Made by a program: the position numbers and the translations under genes
The notes under the pieces: generated by a model
What the model saw: only the letters and a program-made list of their open reading frames with translations
Databases searched by the model: none
Told to the model about the DNA's origin: nothing
DNA from: Blastocystis sp. subtype 4
Taxonomy: Eukaryota
Assembly (NCBI RefSeq): GCF_000743755.1
Contig: NW_014569496.1
Coordinates: 1-45,251, forward strand
Direction of reading: 5' to 3'
DNA length: 45,251 nt
In this document: positions 12,191 through 23,879 of the stretch, piece after piece
How the letters are laid out: each line of letters starts with the position of its first letter
Numbering within the stretch: position 1 is the first letter of the stretch

Positions 12191-15100
12191 ATGTCGTCTT
12201 TTCTTTCCTGGGTTGCCGGAGTATCTACTCCTAACAATTCGGGAAGATCGATGGATCTGTTTCTAACTCAGTTGGAATCGATGCCACAATTGATGGATAA
12301 ACGTCAATCTGCAATAGATCTTTTGGTATTCCACTTGACGAATGTGATAATGTAGGATGCAGTGAAGGCTGCACCAGATGCCGTTCCTTCTTCTGTAATA
12401 CCCCGAATACTGGGTGTGATTGCAAGTGGGATCGATGATGAAGACATTCTGCAGAGCTGTTTGGATATTCTCTGCTTTTTGACGGAACTGAAACAGGTTC
12501 AGAACAATGAAGCTATGCTTATTGAAAACGTGTCAACTCTACTCTGTGTAAGTGAATATTCACCGTTGTTAATGATAGGAGAACTCTTATGTTGAGATTC
12601 TTCTGAGTCTTTTCGATAGTCCTGAGGTGTGGATGAAGATCGAAGCAATTCAGATTCTCAAGAATTGCATTAACGTGAATCAAGTTGGTTTGTACTGTTT
12701 CTTTGATCGTAGAGTATTGTTGAGAAATCGATTCTGGGATGTCCGATGGGTTTACAGAAGTTAATGGACGTTCTTCGAGACAAACGAGAGGAAGTTCGGA
12801 ATGAGATGCTGATTCTTCTTCGATCCCTGACTCGGCGTAATGAAGAGATCTGCAAGTACATTGCCTTCCAAGATGGATTTGACATCCTCATCTCCATCCT
12901 CAAGAGTGAAGAGGGCATTGTTGCGCGTGATTGTCTCCACATTATCTACAATATGATTGCAAATAGTGTTCTGACTCTCAAATTGTTCTCACAACGTATA
13001 ATTCGAATACAATATATATGAGTAGGAAGTATGTTGCTTGAGATTATCTCGATTCTTTCGATCTCTGGAACAGTGTCTCCACCAGTTCCGTCATCTCGTC
13101 TCATCTCGCCTTCTACTGTGTCAGATGAAGAAGATGCTTCCCAAGTTGTTTATGAGCCGATGGGAGATCGGCTTATTGATCTTGTACGTTACGGGGATCT
13201 GGAATTGGTTCAGAATGTGGAGATTCAGTGCTATCAGTTGACAGTCTCAGTAGAGAAGATCTTCAAGTATAATTGATAGATATTAGAGTTGGTGATGGAA
13301 GATGAGATATATTCCAGTGACAAAGAGAAGATGAGTATAGCTCAACCTATCATTGAAGCCAATCGATCTGTTTTACATTCTGTGAGAATGATTTGTGCTT
13401 GTCATTATAGAATCCTGACTATGTGTTTAACATGCTCTATTTCACATTCTATCAACTGCGTCAGAATCGATTTGTAGGTACAGAAGAATCGGAGGAAGAA
13501 CAACGTCGTCATAATGTGGATGATTTGACGGACTTAAGTAGTCGTTGTGAGGTCCTTCTTGCCCAGTGTTTCCGTGTTGCTAGTAGGATTCTAGAAGTAG
13601 GATGAAATGTAGCGAACTATAACCTCTTACAAGAATTACTGCATATTGATATTTTGGATATCAATGGATGTCATGATCTGGTATCATTTCTTCTTGATGG
13701 GTTTCTCAACACGAATGTGGAGGCAGTTACTGCTGCTGGTCTGTACAAGAGTCCGAGTGTGTATGTGCGTCTATTCATGATGTTATTCAATGGAGATCCA
13801 GAATTGCGGATGTATCTCATTAGTCCTGAGAGTGGATGTGGAGAGGTATTGAAAGAGGTGAGGATTGGTAGTAGTATTAACGTGTAGGCATTTGTCCAGT
13901 CTTTGAGTGCTATGATAAGTGGTGATTCTGAAATAAAGAGTCGTTTCATGTTGACCACTTCAGTATATCGACATTGTTGTGAATCCAGTGGTGATGGATT
14001 CCTTAAGTTGTTTGTAACAGATGAGCAGATGAAGTTATTGATACATGAAGAGAAGGAAGTAATGATGGATGCTCCTGCTGACACCCCTTTAAGTGAACAG
14101 GAGACATCACTAGTAGAATCTGCCGCTGCACGGGATGAGTCCAATACCTCTCAAACTACATCCGTTGTGGATCCGGCGGAGGATGATGCTGCCTCTCTCC
14201 ACTCCGACTCTCCTGAACCAGAACACTCCTCAGGCACTCTTCTTGTTATTGTGCTAATTAGGATGCTGTTAGAGCCCATTGACGTATCTTTAAAGACTCA
14301 TCTTGCTTCTCTCTTACTGTCTTGCTTACAACATGTGGAATCTGTGGATCCACTCTTTACCAACCTTCCAGTCATTATGGATCTCTTTGCACGTCTCCAA
14401 GAAGATGAGAAATCAGGTCTATTTTTAGACAAACGCTTCAGTGAGTCTATTCTTGTATCTTAATGACTAGGTGTTCAGTTACCTCCATATCTGCGTCTCT
14501 TCACATGTCTCTCCCTCCTTCAGAAGAATAGCAAGTATGTTCGAGAGTACATTGATTTACTGCGACAAGAGTTGGGTCTGGAGACGTATGAACAGAGATT
14601 ATGAATTATTCATAGTGTGTGTAATCTGGGACTACGCTTCTTCTATTTATCAAAAGTGCGTAAACTGGGATCAGATTCAAAAGAGAATGCATTGGATAGT
14701 ATGGAGTACGATTGAATCAATAGAGTAAAGACTAGAATGGATAGTACCTTTGTGAATATGGTTTCTGCTCTCTTCACTCGCTTTCATGATACCTTATTCT
14801 CATATTACATCGAATTACCAACAGATTATGAAGGAGATTCACAGATGGTAATTGATAGTTACAAAGAGTTGATTCGTATTCAGGATCAGGACTGTCGAAC
14901 AATGAAACTGGTTGGAGGAAAGGAAGAGGGAATCGAATTGGCTGAGCAATATGAAGTGAAAGCAGCTGAATTGGAAACTGCGACACATCGCATTCAAGAT
15001 TTAGAGCAGGAAATATATGATTGGAAGAACCGGTTTTCTGTGAAGGAGAAGTCTCTACGGGAGAAAGAGGAGGCATATGAACAGTTGGAGTATTGTGCAG

Positions 15101-16058
15101 CCGACGAGAAATCAAAAATTGAAGAGGAGAAGAAGCAATTAGAAGATCAAGTGAAGAAGTTGGAAGAGGAGAAAGAGAGTATGAAGATGTCCTTAGAAGA
15201 TCACAAGAATGAACATGCTTCTGAAGTGGAGACAATGATGATTTCGTTGACAAAGAAGGAGGAACAAGTTCGCACATTGGATGAAACCATTGCACATCTG
15301 GAATCTACAATTCAGGAATTACAAGCCGAATTACAGAAGAAACAGAAAGTTTACCAAGAGGAGTTAGCAGAGATGGAAGAGGAACTGGGGAAGTGCAGAC
15401 AAGAACTTGGTTCTTCCCAGAATGCACTTCAGCAGAGTGAGAAACGTGTATCTGTATTAAAGCAGGACTATCAAATTGTGGAGGAGGAGTTGGAAGAAGC
15501 TAAGCGTGAGTTAGCTCAGAGAGCTTCGAATCAACGATCTTCGAACGAGATGGCATCATTGCGGGCTGAGTTGGAACGTGTTCGTATTAATAGGGTGGGA
15601 TCGAGTGATGGAGATGAGATATAGGATGATTTGCAAATCATGGTGAATGAGTTGCAGGAGGAGAAGAAGATGATGGAAGAGTTGGTGCGCAGTTCGATGA
15701 CACCTGTCTCAGGTCCTGTTACTCCTCAGGATGAATTGCATATTATGGAGCAACAACTGGAGCAGCCCATGGAACAACAACTGGAGCAGCCTGTGGAACA
15801 ACAAACTGTGGAACAACAACTGGAGCAGCCTGTGGAACAACAAACTGTGGAACAACAACTGGAGCAGCAACTGTGGAACAACAACTGGAGCAGCCTGTGG
15901 AACAACAAACTGTGGAACAACAACTGGAGCAGCCTGTGGAACAACCTGAAGAAGAACCTATGGAACAGCCTCTCACTCAGCAGACACCTTCCCAAGTCCC
16001 TATCAGTGCTGAAGACTTTTTCACACAACCCGCTCCAGCAAAGTCTAAAAGTGATTAG
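12191..16058 (+). CDS. USO1: Uso1/p115 vesicle tethering factor (armadillo head + coiled coil), with an apparent frameshift in the C-terminal repeat
   Basis: CPMGLQKLMDVLRDKREEVRNEMLILL..IAFQDGFDILISILKSEEG..VARDCL is the p115 head signature. Long coiled coil at 14737-15624; acidic tail ending AEDFF..SKSD TAG 16056-16058. Confidence 0.85.
15745..15971 (+). repeat. Coding tandem repeat of alternating 24-nt (GTGGAACAACAACTGGAGCAGCCT) and 15-nt (GTGGAACAACAAACT) units
   Basis: Read directly; encodes VEQQLEQP/VEQQT. One aberrant 26-nt unit (…GAGCAGCAACT) at ~15847-15872. Confidence 0.95.
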
Positions 16059-16109
16059 TGTTCTGAACATCGTGATTAATCTGTTTGTTTTACTTCTTTC
16101 CTTCTGTGA

Positions 16110-17036
16110 ATGCTTCCTTATCAATACCGATTCTTGGATGTATACTATCTTCTAAACTATGTTGTACAGGAGAAAAGCTAAGCTCTTACGAATAGGTACT
16201 ACTTTCCTATTTCTACACAAGACAACGATTTCTAACACCTGACAGTCCTCTAGTTTCAACTGAAAAATCATGGATCGGGTTAACAAGAGAATGGGAGATC
16301 TTCCTTGTCATGTGTATTATCCAGCTAAAGAATCTACGAAAGAAACATGAAATCGATGTAGATTGAATGGAAACAGTTTATTGAAAGACAGTAGTTCAAT
16401 CCCTCCTGCTGGGACTGAAGGTAGTTGTCCTGGCTCTCGTATTTCAAATGAACAAAACAGCGTTTATCATTTATGTCGTTTTATATGTGTGTAGGAACGG
16501 TATCTGGTGTTCATTGTAGTCATCTTCATTCTTGTACAACCTCCAAAGTACAGAGGTCCTACTAATGTATTAAACTATTCCGAAGCATCTTTTCGATCGA
16601 TTGTGCTAAGTGATCCCACAAACACGATGTATTATGTAATGTTCGATGCTATTTGGGCAACAGGCATAGAGTATGTGCACTATCTCTTTGCATCCCTTTC
16701 ATTGAAGTACATAAACAGTCTTGGTAAGAAGTAGATTTGCCAATGACACAACTGTTTTTCTCCATGTAGATTTAACACGGTATCCAGAACTGGCAAAGGA
16801 ATTGAAAATCAATATGGAAGGATATGCAGGAGAGATCCCTATTTTCATTGCATTTCAAAAGGTAGCTGTATTCGTTGACTTTCATCGTAGGGGAAAGAGA
16901 TCCGTCGTATCCCCGAGTTTAGTGAGAAGCCGCGAAGAAGGAGCTGTCGATGGACTGAGGTGGAACTCTATATTAGATGTTGATAATTAGGAGGTTCTAT
17001 GTACAGCATTAGGCTTGCCATATGGAAAAAGAGAAT
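16110..17036 (+). CDS. TMX2: Thioredoxin-related transmembrane protein 2 (TMX2-like); stop likely made by polyadenylation
   Basis: Spliced RFLDVYYLLN..TREWEIFLVM..KN, PKYRGP, VMFDAIW, LSLK, VDLTRYP, IPIFIAFQKGKEIRRIP. Ends PYGKRE + T(17036)-TTCG-TGTTTGTT. Confidence 0.82.
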
Positions 17037-17040
17037 TTCG

Positions 17041-17048
17041 TGTTTGTT
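17041..17048 (+). terminator. TGTTTGTT polyadenylation element
   Basis: Perfect motif 4 nt after the in-frame T ending TMX2. Confidence 0.85.
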
Positions 17049-17113
17049 ATTCAACTTGAATTGTGGTCAGGGATTCCTGCAAATAGAATGAAATAACCGT
17101 GATTATATGAATC

Positions 17114-17723
17114 ATGTCAGAAAAACATAGAATGCCTCTCGATTTTGATAATATCCCAAAAGCTCGATCCTTTCAGCGTGTCCCCTCAGTTCGTACGAAT
17201 GTATCGAAACCAAAGCCCGTTGTGAACACTGGGGTGAATTCACGAAGACTTCGAGGAAGACAGCAAAAGGTTCGAATGCAAAGTCAACAGTATTGCGGCT
17301 TCTAGCGTTTAATAAGTGTTTAGCATCATAGTGAACAGTGGAGCTTCGACAAGGAGGAGACCATCGAATCGAGTTCGGGTAAATGCATCAACAGTTCTGA
17401 GTCGTGTTGTAAAGCCCAATAATAGACAGGGACAGAAAGACCAACGTCAAAGAAGAAATCGAAAGGGAAGAGGCAATAGACAACGTCGTGGTCCTGTCCA
17501 ACGAAAGTCTGTTTCAGCTGAGCAATTGGATAAGGAACTGAACAAGTATTGGGAGCAGGTATGACTGCCGATAGAAAATGAACTAAAGGACGAATCTGTG
17601 ATGAAACAGCGATTGGATAGTGAATTAGACAATTACTATGCTGCTGGATCCCAAGCACCAGAACAGCCAGTACCTACCAATGAGGTAAATACGATGGGAG
17701 AAGTTCAGCCTCAGTCAGTGTAA
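17114..17723 (+). CDS. Arg-rich protein with duplicated C-terminal UAP56-binding motifs (CHTOP/FoP-like)
   Basis: Arg/Gln-rich body. SAEQLDKELNKYW and RLDSELDNYY match the FoP duplication motif. TAA 17721-17723, TGTTTGTT at 17732. Confidence 0.7.
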
Positions 17724-17787
17724 TCTTCCATTGTTTGTTGGAACAAAGGGACAGTAGACATTAGCGTTAAACAAATGAGGTACTTCT

Positions 17788-18547
17788 TTACCAAAGTCCA
17801 TCCTCCATCTCCTTTGGACACTCCCACTGATACATCTTTCCAGGGCATGGAGGAAGACCCTTTGCTTCATAATCATCCACGATCTTTCCGGCATCATCCT
17901 CCCAGAACTACAATTATAACATACACAAAAGCATACGGGATGAGGAAGCTGAGTAGGATAGTACTCATAAAGCTTCTCCTGAACCTTATCGTCGGTTTCT
18001 GTGCTCCAAAGATTCAAATCAGAAGGCTTCATGTCCACATTCTAGAATCAATCGCTATCCAACTTACCTACAGGATGTTCCACGATCTTCACATCACCAT
18101 CTGCCAGACTATGCTCTTTGATGAAGTCCATCTGAATGTCCTTAGGAAGAGACTTCATTTCCTTGCTCAGAACAACATGGATATCTCTCTCCAGATATCT
18201 TGTATCATGCTGAATCAGATCTGTCCTAAAGTATCTGTCCGTGTTTTCCGTTGTGGGAATCACTGCAACCTTATTGGAACTAACCTATAAGATGGATATA
18301 CAATGAAAATACCCAGGGGCCGGGTAACGAAAACCAGGAGTCGTTGAACCCTCAGGAGCATATCTTGTATGTTGTACAAACGTCTCGTGAATGGTCAGAA
18401 ACTCTTTAGCCTAATAATTAGATCCTGTAGCTCTTTTCTATACAGCTTGGTAAGCCTTTGAGTTTTTGATCTAACTATCAGGCTTTGTTACCAGAAGACA
18501 CTTACCGATGAAAAGGATCTTCTAAGAACGGGATATGCCTTTTGCAT
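17788..18547 (-). CDS. Mitochondrial complex I accessory subunit, NDUFA7 (B14.5a)-like
   Basis: Presequence-like MQKAYPVLRRSFSS; GFRYPAPGS..IPT..HDTR and C-terminal GLPPCPG resemble B14.5a blocks. Five short introns inferred. Confidence 0.55.
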
Positions 18548-18808
18548 CTGGCTTTTTTCTGAGTGGAACTAAGATGGATAGTGATTTCATAATTATCAAG
18601 AATAGTGATTATCCTTCTTTTCTCTTTTATTATCTATTGTTACCTTAAATCCACATTCCCAGTTACATCCATAGGGACACCAGAGATAGATTTTATTCAT
18701 CCCAACGATCCCATGCTAACCAAGTGAAAGTGTACAAAATCATCATAAAATAGGTGTTCTAGTCAGATACTTGCCGATATGAAAGTCATATTATTGTTTA
18801 GAGAGTAG

Positions 18809-20514
18809 ATGATTCAACAAGTCATCGGCTTTGTAGCTCTTGTGCTATACGCTCTGATGTCTGTGTCATTCTCTGTTGAAAGTGGATGGGAATGGTAATG
18901 TTATAGAACTCAATGAAGAATACATATACAATGTCTGGGTGTAAACATTATATGCCAGATATAACTGGACATCATCAGGAATCGATCGAGGGATCATCAG
19001 TTAATAGGGTAGTACCCAAATTTAGGTCATCTGTGTATACTGTGAATGGAATACGAATGAAATATTCCAGCAGTGTGCAAGGTGCCTTACTTACGAAAGA
19101 GGGTGACTCAAACCATGTGACAGTCTTTGAAATTAAGGATTATTTCTTGTCGAAAGCTGATAATGGGAGAATTATGATTACCATGTGTGATAAGGGTTAC
19201 TTGGACGTTTTTCGACTCTTTTATCGTTTGAACCATATGGAACAGTACAAGAATTTTGTTGCAGTAGTGTTAGATAAGGCTGGTTATGAGGTGAGTGTTT
19301 TTCGCCTTGTATATGGATAGATTTTGCTTAAAGAAGGGTATCCTGTCTTTTATTATAAGAATGATCTTCTCTCTGTGGATGAGGCATCATCCAGTACACG
19401 GATGTGGACCTCAAGCGCATTCAGCAAGATGGTCCTGAAGCTTGTGATTATCAGAGACTTGTTGCGTATCAAATTGCGTGTCCTCTATTTGGATTCAGAT
19501 ATCCGTCTTTTTAAAGATCCATTTCCTATTCTACGAGATTATGAGTCTTATGATATGGCTGCTCAGCGTGATGATACTTTGTGTGCTGGTTTCATGTACC
19601 TTCAGCCTACTACTGAGACCATTCGACTGTTTCACCTCTCTGTGAATGAGATGTATCGCCGTGGAATCATGGATCAGGATGCCTTATCTATCGTGGTTCA
19701 TCAGTCCTCTTCGCTCCGATTCGTCTATTTACCAACTCTTCTGTTTATGAGTGGTCGTGAGTATTCCAGATATCACCAGTTCTTTTGGGATAAGAATGGT
19801 ACTTGTAGTATACCAAAGTCACATGTAGATATCGATAAGGATATTGTGATGTACCATAACAATTTTATCATTTATGAACATAATAAGATGTATAGGTGGC
19901 GAGAACAAGGTCTGCTGACAGATGATAATGGGTACTATGATTTATCTCCTAATGGCTACCTTCTTGTGGATAACATCAATTGGAATCTGTGTTCTCCCAG
20001 AATGAAGTCAACTCCTTTCTTTGAGGGGATGAAACAACTGGCTCATCTCGTTGTTGCCCTTAATCGGACGTTGATTATGCCAGCTCTTCCATGTCCTGAT
20101 ACTGTGAAGGTAGAACGTTGTACTCTATGTGCTTATAATGACGTATGTGCTAATGGATTTCAAAAGGTTATCCATTACAACTACAAAGCATACGTTAGTG
20201 TTGAGGTATAGGATAATCTCTAGCAAATCCTTTTTGACGAGCGCTCCCCAGTTGCTCTTCGAAAACAGTTTGAAGAGGGTCCTGTATATCGATATCAGTG
20301 TGTGAAGGATAAGAAGACTGTAGTCCAAAACAACACCGTAAGGGTTGATTTGTTTAACGATTCTTAGATTCGTTTAGGCCAACATTTTACAGATGCTGAT
20401 TTGAATCCGTTTAAAGATACTCAGCCTTTACTGCTTCATGTAGAGAATGTTCCCTCTTGTCTTAAGAAGATGCGATTTGATGTTTCGGGATTTCAGATTT
20501 CGTTTCTTTGTTGA
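18809..20514 (+). CDS. Nucleotide-diphospho-sugar transferase (GT77-like glycosyltransferase)
   Basis: Signal anchor MIQQVIGFVALVLYAL. Motifs VLYLDSDI..FKDPF (DxD), LCAGFMY, DQDAL, MYHNNF..KMYRWRE. The 3' end is either TGA at 20512-20514 or a poly(A)-made stop at 20476. Confidence 0.85.
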
Positions 20515-20602
20515 ATACACGTTGCAGTAGATTTCTCAGTTTCTTCTCATCATATTGACAAGGAGGCCAGTTTTCAGGTGAATAAGGTAGAGATCCTTGG
20601 AT

Positions 20603-20674
20603 GCGCCGATAGCTCAGTGGTAGAGCATACGATTGCAGATTGTGAGGTCGACGGTTCAATCCCGCCTCGGCGCT
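20603..20674 (+). tRNA. tRNA-Cys (GCA)
   Basis: Cloverleaf: acceptor GCGCCGA/TCGGCGC, D-arm GCTC/GAGC, anticodon loop TTGCAGA, T-loop TTCAATC, U discriminator, then an oligo-T Pol III terminator. Confidence 0.95.
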
Positions 20675-20702
20675 TTTTTCTTTCTTTTCATTTCTCTTTG
20701 GT

Positions 20703-21676
20703 ATGTTACAACGAGGACTTATTCCTTTGTGGAATAGGAGAATCCCAATAGTAGTATCTTCTTTGCGGTATTTTGGTCGAAGGAGGATTGCTGATGATGA
20801 AATCGACGACTTTGTATCTAGCAAGATTGCAGATCCGATGACAAGTGGAAATTCTACTCCAGAAGAGAGTTGGGATAAGGATGCTGATTTGGAGATCCAA
20901 GAGAGTGACAGTCAAGGCAAAACAGAGCTAACTCCCAATTTTCCTAAATGCGACACTGTAGAGTGGAATTCTCTGAAGAGTGCTGGACTTGGTGATCTGA
21001 CCACTCCTCCGATACATTCTGTGAGGAGAGAACTTATGTCCCATGTTCCATCAGAGACAGTGGTGATGAAGTATGGATATGTACGGTTCATCTTTTCTTT
21101 TCATCTATAGGTTGCAAGCAAAGTGTTGGATGCACTTAATAATATCATTGAACATGGAGGCGTTGTATCCTCAACAACCCTTAACAGTATTATGATTCAG
21201 GACATGGAACTAAGTGAAGATGGAAGAGATATCAACGTTCGTTACACTATTCTTCGGGATAACGTTCATTCAACCAATCGAAAGATGGCTAGTTTGTTAG
21301 ATGACTCCGATATTGATTCTTTATTCGTTGATTTTAGTACATTTCGTTTGTTACATTTTTCGTAGAAGTTGCCAATAGCAGGTACATTGATAAGCCATAT
21401 CGCTTTAACAAGAGAAAGCTCTCTGTTGCTGAACTAGAAGTAAGCTCAATGTGGTTGTTTGATGTAAAGAGGGAACGTCAGAAACTTCAAAAGACCCATC
21501 GATACCAGTATTACCCCTTAACACTAGATACTGTTCGTATAATTGACGACCTTAATCGGAGTGTGAAGGGGATACGTTTTGAACTAAGTCGTACTCTCCA
21601 AATGAAGGTACAGGTTTGGATTGTTAGTTTATTGAAGAGAGTTCCTCAAATTCATTTTATCCATCTCGTGAAATAG
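20703..21676 (+). CDS. RBFA: Mitochondrial ribosome-binding factor A (RbfA)
   Basis: Arg-rich presequence. IQDMELSEDGRDINVRY and LNRSVKGIRFELSRTLQMK-RVPQIHF match the RbfA KH-like fold. TAG followed by TGTTTGTT. Confidence 0.75.
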
Positions 21677-21718
21677 CGTTGTGTTTGTTTGGAATCATTT
21701 TCTCTTTCACCAAGTATC

Positions 21719-22077
21719 ATGAGCAAGAATAATGGTTGTATTCATATCAAAGAATGAGATTCTAGAATGTGAGGAATGCGAAACTCTTCGTCGCAAATAC
21801 GAAGCTTGTTTTATCAATTGGTTTTGGTTTCATTATTTTTCTAATTTATAGGTACGATACAGCGTTCGTAAAAGGTACGGAGAAGGAAGTTGGTTGCAAG
21901 GAGTTATATGAGCCATACAAGAAATGTATCATAGTTGATATGAGTTCTATATGTGATTCATAGGATTGTTTGACCAAATTACATCCTGATGGTGAGTTGG
22001 GAGAATTCATCAAAAACCCCAATTTGCAATATACGGACGACTTTGGGTCAACAAAATCCGCTGGAGAAGATAATTAG
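21719..22077 (+). CDS. MDM35: Mdm35/TRIAP1 twin-Cx9C intermembrane-space protein
   Basis: Spliced ECETLRRKYEACFINWYDTAFVKG...CKELYEPYKKC. Confidence 0.85.
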
Positions 22078-22206
22078 GTGGTAATCTTGTTCGAATGTGT
22101 TTTTTTCACATCCTATCCCACTCTTTATTTTCTTCCATGCTGTAGATCACCTAGACAGAACAGAATGAAGCTCTTGCAGTTCTGTCGTATCATCTTAGAA
22201 TAGTCT

Positions 22207-22288
22207 ATTATGCTGATGATTTCACTTTGAACTCTTAATAGCTTTACGAAAGAACGAAACAGTCAAGAAAGCACACTAACTGAATAAT
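22207..22288 (+). ncRNA. Candidate box C/D snoRNA targeting LSU rRNA (U37/snR47-type guide)
   Basis: Terminal stem ATTAT/ATAAT, C box TGATGA (22214-22219), D box CTGA (22280-22283). Guide TTTCACTTTGA (22220-22230) is complementary to the conserved LSU rRNA segment UCAAAGUGAAG. Confidence 0.6.
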
Positions 22289-22417
22289 CCCGTGTTTTTG
22301 CTTTGATCTCGATAGTGTGCATGAGGTATTTATCCTTATTCTGTAGAGTGCCATAGAGTGCATCTATTGAATCTGAGAGGAAAAGTATATACGAACTCAT
22401 CGTACTCAGTCGGTAGA

Positions 22418-23753
22418 ATGTTTCAGTGGTTATACGATGGAACAATTGGGAATATGATTGGTCCAAAAGAGGAAACACTCTGTGAAAAAGTACAGGTAAG
22501 AAATAGTGTGTATTTCATGATGTGTAGAATGCTGTTTCTTCTGGCAATATTCCTGCACTTGATGAAGCAATTCGAAATGGATTTGACGTTGTGAACTATG
22601 TGGAGCAAGATAACGGTTTAATTCACTTAGCAAGTTATCATGGTCAATTACAAGTACTTCAACGATTACTTACACAAGGTATGGTAATGTGACAGTATTT
22701 CATGATAGGGTGCAATGTGAACCAACTTGGTCGTGATGGTAATACTGCACTGCACTACGCATGTTACAACAATCATGAAGATTGTATTATGTATTTACTT
22801 AGTTGATTTGATGGTTTTGTTTCATTGTAGATAATGGATGTTGTCTTGTACAAAAGAACAACGAAGGACGGACGCCTTATGATATGTGTAGTAATTTATC
22901 TCTACGTCAGAAGCTTCTTCCCATGTATATGAAAGCCTCGAATGAGCAAGAAATGACAACAACAATGGAAACGATACAGGAACCGCCTCCAGTTACCTCT
23001 GTGCCCCCAGCTCCTGCTCCAAGTGTGCCAGAGAATTCTGTAATGCCAGCTTTCCGTCATCCGTCACTGAATCGGTCAACACATCGCCATCTCTCTCAGT
23101 ATGCTCCAACTCCCATGTATCATTCCATGGATTCAGTTCCTTCAGCTCCTGCTCCTGTACCTACTCCAGTATCCACTCCTGTTGCTGCTAGTGCAGTTCC
23201 TCCACCTACTTCTGTTCCTGTAACTTCTCCAATTGAGACAGCACCTGCTCCTTCTTCCACTCGTTCATTTGGACTTGCTGGTAAAGGACCTCGTGTTGTG
23301 GCTGGTGTATCTCGTCCTATGGCCAATCGGATTACGAAGTATAATCCTCATGTGGGAGTAACATCAACATCAGTTCCTTCGGTTTCAGAGTCTGTTCCAC
23401 TTCCTACTCCTGCAGCTCCTCTCTCTACTCCTTCTACTCCTCTCCCAACTCCTGCAGCTCCTCAGTCCACTCCTGATGCCATTCCAACTCCATTCCCGCC
23501 TTCAACCTCTCAAACTTCCATGACGGGAACACAGAAACCTCTGGTAAAGCCCAAACCTGCTAAGCCGTAAGAGTTATTGGTTTTGATAACCTATAGTATT
23601 CGTAGAACACGTACCAAACCAGATGGATTTATCACAACAGTTGGAAATCCAGTAGAAATATGTTTGATACTTGAGAATTAGGAGTTGGCGCAGAAGTATG
23701 GAAATAGTGTGTCAGTAAACAGTGGAGTGGCTCCTCCTCCGGGAATGAATTGA
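22418..23753 (+). CDS. Ankyrin-repeat protein with a long Pro/Ser/Thr-rich region
   Basis: LIHLASYHGQLQVLQRLL, GNTALHYACYNNH and GRTPYD ankyrin repeats. PST-rich 22970-23570; C-terminal PDGFITTVGNP..QKYGN. TGA 23751-23753, TGTTTGTT at 23775. Confidence 0.85.
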
Positions 23754-23879
23754 CATAGAAATGGGTGTTATCATTGTTTGTTTTAAGAGTTGATCACTTC
23801 CAGAAAGCTTCGAACTGATCCCCGTTTCTCGGTTTCCCCTTTGTGCTATTCTAGAATTCACCACTTAGGAGCGGAAATT

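Noticed and set aside
15726..16124. Cys-rich 'metallothionein/keratin-like' minus-strand ORFs, or a CRISPR-like array
   Set aside because: These are antisense shadows of the Uso1 EQQ coding repeat. There are no unique spacers and no cas genes.
18640..18750. Minus-strand ATGATGA C-box suggesting another snoRNA
   Set aside because: No matching CTGA D box or terminal stem, and only short rRNA complementarity.
20462..20824. 120-aa minus-strand ORF containing 'AGLNRRPHNLQSYALPLSY'
   Set aside because: Typical antisense translation of a tRNA gene.
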